From the NCBI GenBank assembly GCA_038824715.1, contig JAWBPP010000003.1, positions 1 to 36,472 of the forward strand: DNA of 36,472 nt, in the 5' to 3' direction. The translations under genes and the position numbers were made by a program. Below, one piece after another: positions 1-7,541 of this stretch. The DNA comes from Candidatus Anstonellaceae archaeon. GTDB lineage: Archaea; Micrarchaeota; Micrarchaeia; Anstonellales; Anstonellaceae. Within the stretch, counting starts at the first letter, position 1, and every line of letters starts with the position of its first letter. Below the pieces are notes generated by a model. It made no database searches. It was not told the DNA's origin and worked only from the letters and a program-made list of their open reading frames with translations.

Positions 1-127
1 TCACAATGTCAAGCGTCAGCCCAACATGTTCTGCTGTCGAGGCAACGGTTTTTTGCAGCTCCTCCTGCGTGGGAGCATCGCGCAATTCCGCATCGCGCCC
101 GTATAGCTTCAAGACCTGCTCATCCAT
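1..127 (-). CDS. Start of a gene running off the left edge; possibly Fe-S assembly SufB/SufD, judged only from its position downstream of sufC
   Basis: ATG at 127 (minus) with GGAGTGA 8 nt upstream. Frame stays open to position 1 (MDEQVLKLYGRDAELRDAPTQEELQKTVAS...). Lies 65 nt downstream of the sufC stop. The N-terminus is not diagnostic, so the function is a synteny guess. Confidence 0.3.
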   Translation of the reverse strand, partial: MDEQVLKLYGRDAELRDAPTQEELQKTVASTAEHVGLTLDIV

Positions 128-192
128 AGAAATCACTCCGCGTGCCTGCGTTCAGGCGCAGCCCATTCAGGCAATGTCTTCACATTCGCTTT

Positions 193-936
193 TCAGGCTG
201 GAACTGATGTGTTCACCCACCCGTAGCCCCTCTCCTCGAGCTTGTGGGCAAGCGCGCCTTCGCCTGACACGATTATCTTCCCCTCGCGCATCACATGCAC
301 GTGGTCGGCCTTCAGGTTCTTGAGAATCCTCGCATAGTGCGTTACAATAATTATCGACGTGCCTTCCTTCTTTATCATGCCAATTGTTTCGGCAATCTTG
401 GCAAGCGCATCCACGTCCAGGCCCGAGTCAAGCTCATCTAGCATCGCCAATTTCGGCTCAAGCACGGCCAATTGCAGTATCTCGCTCCTCTTCTTTTCGC
501 CGCCAGAGAACCCCTCGTTCACCCCTCGCTCTGCAAATGACTTTTCCATGCCCAATAGCTGCATCTTCTCGCGCAAAATCTTCTCAAATTCAGCAACGGA
601 CACTTCCTTTCCGAACCTCGCAACATACGCCCTCCGCAGGAAATTCGAAAGTGTTACTCCTGAGACCTCGTTGGGGTGTTGGAAAGCGAGAAACAGTCCT
701 GCCCTTGCCCGCTCATGCGGCTTCATGGCAAGCAGGTCTTTCCCTTCGAATTTCACCGCGCCTTCCACCTTGTATTTCGGGTGCCCTGCCAATGCGTTCA
801 AAAGCGTGCTTTTTCCCGAGCCGTTCTGCCCCATTATGACGTGCACTTCGCCTGGCTTGACGTGCAAATCCAGCCCCTTGACTATCTCCTTGTCCTCAGC
901 GTATGCTTTCAGCCCTTTCACTTCGAGCAAATCCAT
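193..936 (-). CDS. sufC: Fe-S cluster assembly ATPase SufC (ABC ATPase)
   Basis: Walker A GQNGSGKST, ABC signature FSGGEKKR, Walker B LAMLDELDSGLD, H-loop IIVTHY. Start placed at internal ATG 936 (MDLLEVKGL) with AGGTGA 7 nt upstream; the longer ORF to 1029 overlaps the upstream gene. Confidence 0.9.
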   Translation of the reverse strand: MDLLEVKGLKAYAEDKEIVKGLDLHVKPGEVHVIMGQNGSGKSTLLNALAGHPKYKVEGAVKFEGKDLLAMKPHERARAGLFLAFQHPNEVSGVTLSNFLRRAYVARFGKEVSVAEFEKILREKMQLLGMEKSFAERGVNEGFSGGEKKRSEILQLAVLEPKLAMLDELDSGLDVDALAKIAETIGMIKKEGTSIIIVTHYARILKNLKADHVHVMREGKIIVSGEGALAHKLEERGYGWVNTSVPA

Positions 937-958
937 GCATTTCACCTGCAAATATGGC

Positions 959-1303
959 TTAGGAATGGCGCGGCGTTGCCATGCAGACCACGCACGGGTC
1001 CTTGTTTCCCATGTTCGATTTTTTTGCAATCACAAGTATCTTCGCAACCTCAAAATCAAGCTCTTGCCCTTTCACTTTACCGCAGGCAATCTTCTTTGCG
1101 AGCGTCCTGCAGGCAGCCAAAGATTTCGAGTCGAGCTTCGTCCCGCCGCGCTTTCCAGAAACATACTGTGAAATGGCAGCAGATGTAGTGCCAAGGGTAG
1201 CGGCAATCTTGCTCTGCGCCATGCCTTGCTTTCCCATGTCAATGGCAAGCTCTCGGCAAATGGCAGGCAGGAGCTTCCAATGCACGTCTGCGCAGGGCAG
1301 CAT
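959..1303 (-). CDS. Small helix-turn-helix DNA-binding protein with six Cys (C-terminal CVVC); putative regulator
   Basis: 114 aa. HTH-like segment GMAQSKIAATLGTTSAAISQYVSGKRGG. Stop codon is 22 nt upstream of the sufC ATG on the same strand. Confidence 0.6.
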   Translation of the reverse strand: MLPCADVHWKLLPAICRELAIDMGKQGMAQSKIAATLGTTSAAISQYVSGKRGGTKLDSKSLAACRTLAKKIACGKVKGQELDFEVAKILVIAKKSNMGNKDPCVVCMATPRHS

Positions 1304-1464
1304 GTGTCATCACCTTGGCTCAAGCTGTTAACGATTGTTAATTTCTTGGCAGGGAGGTATTTAAGGCTGCCTACTCTCCGGAATCATGTTGTCAAACAAG
1401 GCAACACCTGTTAATGCTTTAAAAACACTTCTACACACAAAAATGCCAAGGGAGGCGAATAGAT

Positions 1465-2055
1465 ATGAGTATAGGTATGAAGACAGCATACGTCGCAAAT
1501 CTCGCAATCAGGGCTGGTGCTGCAAACGGCCAGGCAAACACGTTCGCACAGAAATGGACTGCTTACACAATTGCCAAAAGTGCGTGGCTATCTGCTCCAA
1601 AAAACGAAGAAAAGAGATTATCCCCCAAGGTGGATGAGGCCAAGGCAGAGCTCAAAATTGCACTTCCGCAGGAGAAGGCAGGTCTTGAGTCAGAGTCTGG
1701 CTTCGCGCAGCGCCTTTATGACCTTGCCAAGGCCCAGTACCGCAAGCACAAGGCGCTTGCAATAGGCACAGGGATAGTTGCAGGTATCGCACTTGTGGTC
1801 GGCGGCTTTGATGCATTTGCGCTTTCTCGAGGCAAGGACATTGTCGGGCTTATAACCAAGGAAACAAGCAAACTGCAGCTGCCGACTAGCGCAGAGGAGT
1901 TTTTCGGCTATTATATTCGCCCGCTTGCAGTCGGAGGAGTTGGCATCATTTCCGCCGCGTTCTCCATTTTCAGCAGGGGCAGGAAGAAAACTGCTGACCA
2001 AGTGGCGGATTCAGTCACTGATGTGGCAAAAGTGAAGATGCAGTACGATTACTAA
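1465..2055 (+). CDS. Hypothetical membrane protein (two predicted TM helices)
   Basis: GGGAGG 9 nt upstream of ATG 1465. Hydrophobic helices ALAIGTGIVAGIALVVGGF and LAVGGVGIISAAFSIF. No family recognised. Confidence 0.55.
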   Translation: MSIGMKTAYVANLAIRAGAANGQANTFAQKWTAYTIAKSAWLSAPKNEEKRLSPKVDEAKAELKIALPQEKAGLESESGFAQRLYDLAKAQYRKHKALAIGTGIVAGIALVVGGFDAFALSRGKDIVGLITKETSKLQLPTSAEEFFGYYIRPLAVGGVGIISAAFSIFSRGRKKTADQVADSVTDVAKVKMQYDY

Positions 2056-2064
2056 CAACTGCCC

Positions 2065-2712
2065 TTACTTGAAAACCCTGCCGGTTTCCTCTGCCCAGAG
2101 CAAGAGGTCAAGATGGGGCATGGGGATTCCAATTTCTCTGCAAAACTTTCCCATCTTCTTCTCTATTTCCAGGTAGCGCTTCTTTGTCAGCGTTTTCGGC
2201 ATCCTTATCACGCCGTGCTTTTCCAAATTTTTCAGGATATGCCTGTCAAGTATTGCAATCGTTTTGCCCCTGCCCACATTCCGCAGGTAGTGGCTTGCCT
2301 CCTTCCAGCCTATCCCCTTCACCAGTTTGAGGAGGACTTCTCTGGCTTCTTTTTCGGTGCCGTGGAATGTCGCCTCCTTCAGAGATTCAAAGCCGTCTTT
2401 TGAAAATTTCTCCCTTGCCGCAACGAGGTATTCTGCCTTCTTGTTATGGAAGCGCGTCTTTTTGGAAAGGACGCCGCTAATCTGCCTCGTGTTTCCTTTG
2501 TGCAGCAACCCTTTCTGCTTGAGTTCCTTTATCGCCGAATCGCACGAAAACGCCTTGCTCTGGGGGGTGAGTATGCAGAATGCCAGCTCTTCGAAAAGGG
2601 CAGGCCCGCCTTTTTTGCCGATTGACTCGAAATGCAGGAGCCTGCTTTCTATTTCGCCTTTTCTGCGCCTATAATTTTGAAGGAGAGTCTGGCGTCCTTT
2701 TTCCGTTTTCAT
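2065..2712 (-). CDS. ogg: Archaeal Ogg2-type 8-oxoguanine DNA glycosylase / AP lyase (HhH-GPD)
   Basis: About 215 aa. ILTPQSKA motif, HhH with catalytic Lys (GIGWKEASHYLRNVG) followed by ILDRHIL. ATGA overlap with the upstream MBL gene stop at 2709-2712. Confidence 0.75.
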   Translation of the reverse strand: MKTEKGRQTLLQNYRRRKGEIESRLLHFESIGKKGGPALFEELAFCILTPQSKAFSCDSAIKELKQKGLLHKGNTRQISGVLSKKTRFHNKKAEYLVAAREKFSKDGFESLKEATFHGTEKEAREVLLKLVKGIGWKEASHYLRNVGRGKTIAILDRHILKNLEKHGVIRMPKTLTKKRYLEIEKKMGKFCREIGIPMPHLDLLLWAEETGRVFK

Positions 2713-3260
2713 TTTTTCTCCTCCGTATTCCCGTGGCCCGGGCAGAGCAATTTGTAAGGGATTTTCTCAATTCGTCTCAGGCTTTCCTGCATCTGCTCGT
2801 CGCTCCCTCCAATGTCCGTCCTGCCCCAAACGCCATTGGCGAATTTCGTGTCGCCAGAAAAAAGCACGCCGGTTTTTTTGTCAAGTATGCAGATGCTCCC
2901 GTCGGTGTGCCCTGGCGTGTGGAAAAATTCGAGTTCGTGCGAGCCGAATTGCAGGGGCTTCATGCTGTTGGGCTTGGCATTTTCTGGAATAGCGATGTAA
3001 GCTCCTCCAAATTCGAATTCGGCAGGGTGAAGCAGCACTTCTTTCCAGTCGGGCTTCACGCCTTTTGTGTGATCAAAGTGCCCGTGCGTGAGTATGCAGA
3101 TGTCTGGAACAAAGCCGAAGTCAGAAAGCTTCCCATCTCCCGAATCGATAAGGAGCCTTTTGCCGCCCTCTTCAATCAAGTAAACGGTGCCGCACGTGCG
3201 GGTGTCCGTGCGGAGCATGAATGTATCGTGCGCGATTTTTTCGAATGGCAAAACCAGCAC
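2709..3260 (-). CDS. MBL-fold metallo-hydrolase
   Basis: Intact HxHxDH motif (ILTHGHFDH) plus downstream HTPGHT. GTG start immediately after the stop of the upstream gene (3261-3263). Confidence 0.75.
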   Translation of the reverse strand: MLVLPFEKIAHDTFMLRTDTRTCGTVYLIEEGGKRLLIDSGDGKLSDFGFVPDICILTHGHFDHTKGVKPDWKEVLLHPAEFEFGGAYIAIPENAKPNSMKPLQFGSHELEFFHTPGHTDGSICILDKKTGVLFSGDTKFANGVWGRTDIGGSDEQMQESLRRIEKIPYKLLCPGHGNTEEKK

Positions 3261-4043
3261 CTATTTTTTTTCCTTAATCGAGAACCTGCCTGGAGGAAGG
3301 GCGAGCAGTATTTCGTCAGCATTTGCTTTCAGCGCGCCTGCAATCAGTTTCGCAGCCTTCCCCTTTTCGTAATTCCCGGGTGAAAGTAGCACAGGGAGGC
3401 TGCTGGCTTTTGGATGGCAAATCGGAAGGCACGCAGCCACCGCGCCCTCCATCCCAATCGCCAATCCTAACGGGGTTGCCCGAAACCATTCCCGCTCTCC
3501 TGAAATTGCAAACCCTCCAGCTCCCACGTAGCCGCCCTGCGCGTGTTTTGACAGTTGCCCTTTTTCCACGGCATAGACATCAACTGCGGCAGAGCCGATT
3601 TTCCAAGCAGAGGAGTGCGAGGCTGCAAACTGCGCTGCCTCTTTCTTTTCCTGCCCGCTTGCTTTTTTCCCCCCCACAAGTATTGTCGCAGGGGCGCCCT
3701 GTATGTCGGCATGGAAGAACAAGTCCGCATCCGCCATGACTTTCGAAACAAGCAAGTCGTTCTGCTTGGCATCCCTGCCGGCAACAACTAGCTTGCCTTC
3801 TGAAGTGTAAAACCACCGGTATTTTTCAAACCACTCGCGCTTGCGCTTCATTTTTGGCGCAGCGTCCGCAGCAGCCTTTGCCGACGCAATTGCTCCCTCG
3901 CTCCTCGCCTTCTCGATTTCCTTTTCCGTTTCAGCTATCGCTCCCCTTGCCCCTTCCTCTTTTTTGGCATATTCCTTTGAAAGAGAGTAGTAGGCAGCAG
4001 CATTCTCCTGCGCGGATTTTCGCCAGTCCAGCCTTATTTTCAT
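3261..4043 (-). CDS. Truncated NFACT-family protein (coiled coil + NFACT-R/DUF814-like + C-terminal region, no NFACT-N)
   Basis: MKIRLDWRKSAQENAAAYYSLSKEYAKK coiled-coil start. Then KYRWFYTSEGKLVVAGRDAKQNDLLVSKVMADADLFFHADIQGAPATIL, typical of the NFACT RNA-binding domain. Alternative ATG at 4064. Confidence 0.6.
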   Translation of the reverse strand: MKIRLDWRKSAQENAAAYYSLSKEYAKKEEGARGAIAETEKEIEKARSEGAIASAKAAADAAPKMKRKREWFEKYRWFYTSEGKLVVAGRDAKQNDLLVSKVMADADLFFHADIQGAPATILVGGKKASGQEKKEAAQFAASHSSAWKIGSAAVDVYAVEKGQLSKHAQGGYVGAGGFAISGEREWFRATPLGLAIGMEGAVAACLPICHPKASSLPVLLSPGNYEKGKAAKLIAGALKANADEILLALPPGRFSIKEKK

Positions 4044-4119
4044 GATTCCACACCAGAACGGCATCTTCTCTCCGTCTCATTTAAAAATTCTATTCGCATA
4101 ATCAGAGCTTGGTGCGACC

Positions 4120-4446
4120 ATGAAGTGGAAGCAGTTCTTTACAGTGCTGGCGCTACTCTCGCTATTTTCCAACATAGCTTTCGCAGACCCCACCTCGCAG
4201 CTCAAGCAGGCGCTTAAAGACCTCTGCATAGGGCTGAAAAACATGGTTCCGGTCGCAGCCATGCTCATGGTTCTTCTTGCATCCGTCATATACGCAACTG
4301 GCCAGATGATGGGGGCGGAAACCCGCGCGCGCGCAAACGTGTGGGCGACCTCCTGCCTTACAGGCGCGCTCATCGGCATAATGATCTCAACTGTTGCGCC
4401 TGCAGTGCTTCAGATAATCAACAACAATACTCCAATCGACTGTTAG
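4120..4446 (+). CDS. Small secreted two-helix membrane protein with VirB2/TrbC-like pilin architecture (hypothetical)
   Basis: GGTG 5 nt upstream and TTTAAAAATTC TATA-like box about 35 nt upstream. Sec-type signal MKWKQFFTVLALLSLFSNIAFA|DP. Two hydrophobic helices separated by the basic loop GAETRARAN. Confidence 0.6.
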   Translation: MKWKQFFTVLALLSLFSNIAFADPTSQLKQALKDLCIGLKNMVPVAAMLMVLLASVIYATGQMMGAETRARANVWATSCLTGALIGIMISTVAPAVLQIINNNTPIDC

Positions 4447-4498
4447 CGCAGCTGGCACATCCTAATTCGTTTTTAAATTTAGGACGCATTCTTTCCAC

Positions 4499-6244
4499 AT
4501 GGAGCCAGCACTAGCCGTGGGCATCTCAGTCACAGTCATCATGCTCTCTGCCCTCATTTTCGACCGCCTGCGGCTTCCAAGCATCCTGGGCGTCCTTGCC
4601 GCAGGCATATTCATGGGCCCGTTTTCCCCGCTTGCAGGAGCGAACTTTTTCGGAATAGAAATGAACAGGCTCATCATCTTTGACCCATCAACCGTGAGCG
4701 TATTCGCGCTAATAGGCGCAGCGCTCATACTGTTCGGCATAGGCCTTGAGTTTTCCGCAGTGAAGCTGGTGCAGATAGGGGTTTTCACCTTCCTTGCCGC
4801 AGTGGTGAAGATAGGCCTTGTCTATCTTGCGGCTTACGCTGCTCTTTCAGGCATAGGGCTTCCGCCCCAGGCAGCAGCGCTTGTCGCCGTGGCGCTTTCC
4901 TTCTCAAGCACGCCCATAATTGTCAAGCTCCTCGAAGCGTCAGGCAAAATCAAGCGGCAGGAAGCCCCATTCATAATCTCCATACTCATAATCGAGGATT
5001 TGCTCATCGTATTTTTCCTGGGGCTTCTTTCCAACCCGGTAGGCGCGCATGAGTATTCATTCGCCCTCTCTCTTTTGCGCGTGGTGCTGACGTTCATTTT
5101 CGCCTACCTTATCCTCTCAAAATTCGTGAACATATTCCTGACGTTCGTTTCGCATTCTGACGAGCTTCTCATTCTTTCAACAGTGAGCCTGGTGCTAATC
5201 TTGGGCTTCGTATCCGAAGCAATCGGGCTTTCCTTCTCAGTTGGCGCCTTCCTTGCAGGAAGCACAATCGCAGGCGCTGCCCAATCCAGGAAAATAGAGG
5301 AGAAAATCCGGCCGTTCAACTCCCTTTTTGCCTCATTCTTCTTCTTTTCCATCGGCCTTTTCGTGAATGTGGGAAGCGTGCTTTCTTCCCTGTGGCTTCT
5401 CGCCATTTTCATCATAATAGGCATATTCGTGCGCTTCGCATCTGCTGGCGTATCATCGTATTTTGCTGGCATGCAGGGTAGGAGCGCGTGCTTTTGCGCA
5501 GCAGCCTTCCTTCCCATGTCTGAGCTTTCGCTTCTGCTGCTTTCGCATGGGCAGTCGTCAGGCCTGGTGCAGCCCGAATTCCTTGGCAGTTTCGCCTTCG
5601 CCATAATCGCATCATCATTTTTGTCTGCCTGGCTGCTTTCCCGCGAAAACGAAATCTACAACCTCCTGCTTTCGATTGCGCCTGAAATGGTGGTGAAGAA
5701 TTTCCGCCTTCTCCGCTCAACTGCATTCGGAATGCGCCGCGCGGTTTCCGAGGGCACGCATTACTACAAGGTAGTAGAAAAGCTCCCGACCATCTCTTAT
5801 TCCTACAAGCCAGAGCAGTTCTCAAGCCACGACGCCCTTGTGCTCACCTCGAAAAACTCGGCGCTGCTTGCGGTCCTTTCCGCCGCCTGCTATGCGCTTC
5901 TCTTCTTCGCCCAGGAGCCCGGCTGGGAGTTCCTCGACGGCTTTTTCGTGTTTTCCTTCCTGGCCTTTTTCGTGCTCTCAGCGCTTTTCCTGGTGAACCT
6001 GAGGGCAGCCACAAAATCGGTGATGAAGATGATGCTCCGCTCGGGCAGGGGGGCAAAATACTCTGCAGCAGGCTACTTTCTGCAATCCGCTCTCTTCCTC
6101 TGCCTTGCCGCTGCCTACATCTGGGCGTATTCGCTTGCGCCATCCTCGCTTTCGGTCATACTCGTCCTTCCCTGCCTTTTCTTTGCAGCAAGAAGCCTGG
6201 CGCAGACTTTCCGGTCTGTGTCATCAGGAGGGATAACGCTGTAG
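4499..6244 (+). CDS. Cation:proton antiporter (CPA2 / Kef-NapA type) with an extra C-terminal multi-TM module
   Basis: N-terminal roughly 390 aa is typical of the Na+/H+ exchanger family (RLRLPSILGVLAAGIFMGP, LFGIGLEFS). The C-terminal roughly 190 aa adds further hydrophobic helices instead of an RCK/KTN domain. TTTTTAAATTT box is centred about 25 nt upstream of the ATG (leaderless). Confidence 0.8.
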   Translation: MEPALAVGISVTVIMLSALIFDRLRLPSILGVLAAGIFMGPFSPLAGANFFGIEMNRLIIFDPSTVSVFALIGAALILFGIGLEFSAVKLVQIGVFTFLAAVVKIGLVYLAAYAALSGIGLPPQAAALVAVALSFSSTPIIVKLLEASGKIKRQEAPFIISILIIEDLLIVFFLGLLSNPVGAHEYSFALSLLRVVLTFIFAYLILSKFVNIFLTFVSHSDELLILSTVSLVLILGFVSEAIGLSFSVGAFLAGSTIAGAAQSRKIEEKIRPFNSLFASFFFFSIGLFVNVGSVLSSLWLLAIFIIIGIFVRFASAGVSSYFAGMQGRSACFCAAAFLPMSELSLLLLSHGQSSGLVQPEFLGSFAFAIIASSFLSAWLLSRENEIYNLLLSIAPEMVVKNFRLLRSTAFGMRRAVSEGTHYYKVVEKLPTISYSYKPEQFSSHDALVLTSKNSALLAVLSAACYALLFFAQEPGWEFLDGFFVFSFLAFFVLSALFLVNLRAATKSVMKMMLRSGRGAKYSAAGYFLQSALFLCLAAAYIWAYSLAPSSLSVILVLPCLFFAARSLAQTFRSVSSGGITL

Positions 6245-6342
6245 GAAAAGAAAAGGGGCAATAAGGAAAAACAAAACAAGAAGATGAAAACAAAAACGCA
6301 GGAGACAAAATCAAAAGAGAAATAAAAAATCGAAAACAAAAC
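6245..6342 (-). terminator. Oligo-T rich terminator region for the minus-strand gene ending at 6343
   Basis: About 100 nt that is almost pure purine on the + strand. It therefore reads as successive T-runs on the minus strand immediately after the stop at 6343. Confidence 0.45.
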
Positions 6343-6765
6343 TCAGTTCATCCTGCCAGAAGATGTGACTCCCTTGCCGCCTTCCTGGCTTCCAAGCTGA
6401 ATCCTGGGCGGCACGATTGGCGGCGACAGGTTAATCGCTCGGACAACAAGCGTCCCGTTCGTCCCGCAGGCGTAATTTATCGCGTTCAAAATCATCTCAG
6501 CGTAAGCATCAGGCAGCTTCTTCTCCTTCTCCCAGCGGTCGTTTATTTCCTTGACCAGCTTGGCATCCTCCTTGCTGGTTATGCTTCCGCCCATTTTGAG
6601 CTCGCCCACGCCGTCAAGGTAGGTCGCAGAATAGGAAAAGCCAATGGTCACTTCTGCTCCCTTAGCAGAAACAGATTCCACAGAAATGTTTATGTTCAAT
6701 CCCGCAACCTCGTCGTCCTTGTCGCGGCGCGCCTCGACCTTTGCCAGTTTTATCGCGGTTATCAT
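6343..6765 (-). CDS. Hypothetical protein
   Basis: ATG 6765 (MITAIKLAKVEARRD) with GGAGG 9 nt upstream; the longer ORF begins with TTG at 6792. No family recognised with confidence, only a vague SecB-like impression. Confidence 0.5.
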   Translation of the reverse strand: MITAIKLAKVEARRDKDDEVAGLNINISVESVSAKGAEVTIGFSYSATYLDGVGELKMGGSITSKEDAKLVKEINDRWEKEKKLPDAYAEMILNAINYACGTNGTLVVRAINLSPPIVPPRIQLGSQEGGKGVTSSGRMN

Positions 6766-6818
6766 ACTAATCAGCCTCCAAATTACCAACAACCATTCGA
6801 AACAGAAGGAAATTTAAA

Positions 6819-7490
6819 TCAGAGCCGCAGCTCCTGCCCTGGGCGGAGAGCCACTCCTTTGGTGAGCCCGCCCAAGTCAGACACGAACTCCTGAGGATCC
6901 TGCGCAATCCTGTCATAGGTCCCGTAGCGCATGGGCACTGCGACCTTGGGCCGCATCTCCTTCACTGCGCTGTTTGCTGCAAACGGGTCCATGGTCGCGC
7001 CCCCTCCTATTGGGACAAGCGCGACATCGCATCTCACTCTTGCCATATCGCTGAAGCTGTAGGTGTCGCCTGCATGGTAAACTGCAATCCCGTCTCCTTT
7101 CACAAGAAAGCCTACTGGGTATGCAGACTGGGGGTGGACGGCTTTTACCACTTCGATTTCAATCCCTTTTTTCGAGAACTTATCCCCAGCTCGCACGTCC
7201 ACCTTGAACCTGTCGGTCACGTTTATCTTGGAAAGGGCCGGCCTTGGGGCAACCACGTCCGAGTAGCACCGCTCGGAAATCTCCTTCACGGTCTCAGGCT
7301 CGCAGTTGTCAGGCTCCTCGTTTGAAAGGAAAATCATGTCGCATTCCCGCACTGCACGCGGGTTGAGAGCGGATTTCACAAGCCGCCTGTTGCCTCCCAA
7401 CATGTCTGAGACTGCCGGGTTGAAAAGCATGACCACGTTGCCAAGCTTTACCTGGAAGGCATTATGCCCAAGGTAGGTGATCGAGCGCAT
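6819..7490 (-). CDS. UPF0173-like MBL-fold protein with degenerate metal-binding motif
   Basis: MRSITYLGHNAFQV N-terminus and YHAGDT motif fit the UPF0173/MBL family. The position of THxHxDH reads LSNEEPDN. Alternative GTG start at 7511. Confidence 0.6.
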   Translation of the reverse strand: MRSITYLGHNAFQVKLGNVVMLFNPAVSDMLGGNRRLVKSALNPRAVRECDMIFLSNEEPDNCEPETVKEISERCYSDVVAPRPALSKINVTDRFKVDVRAGDKFSKKGIEIEVVKAVHPQSAYPVGFLVKGDGIAVYHAGDTYSFSDMARVRCDVALVPIGGGATMDPFAANSAVKEMRPKVAVPMRYGTYDRIAQDPQEFVSDLGGLTKGVALRPGQELRL

Positions 7491-7541
7491 GAGCGTTTCT
7501 TGGCTCCTCACATTTAAGATATTTACTGCGAAAAGCGTTGC

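Noticed and set aside
359-1171. Long + strand ORFs (359-1171, 384-839, 676-1188) across the sufC locus
   Set aside because: They are antisense or out-of-frame shadows of sufC and the HTH gene, with low-complexity Ser/Pro/Ala-rich translations and no start signals. The same reasoning rejects 2580-3383, 13326-14030, 17186-18013, 17758-18594, 20175-20732, 22403-22978, 22832-23674, 25304-25708, 27222-27905, 28118-28657, 29255-29752 and 34525-35424.
6343-6765. SecB-like chaperone assignment for the 140-aa protein
   Set aside because: This is only a vague resemblance of strand/helix pattern by eye, with no diagnostic motif. The protein is left as hypothetical.
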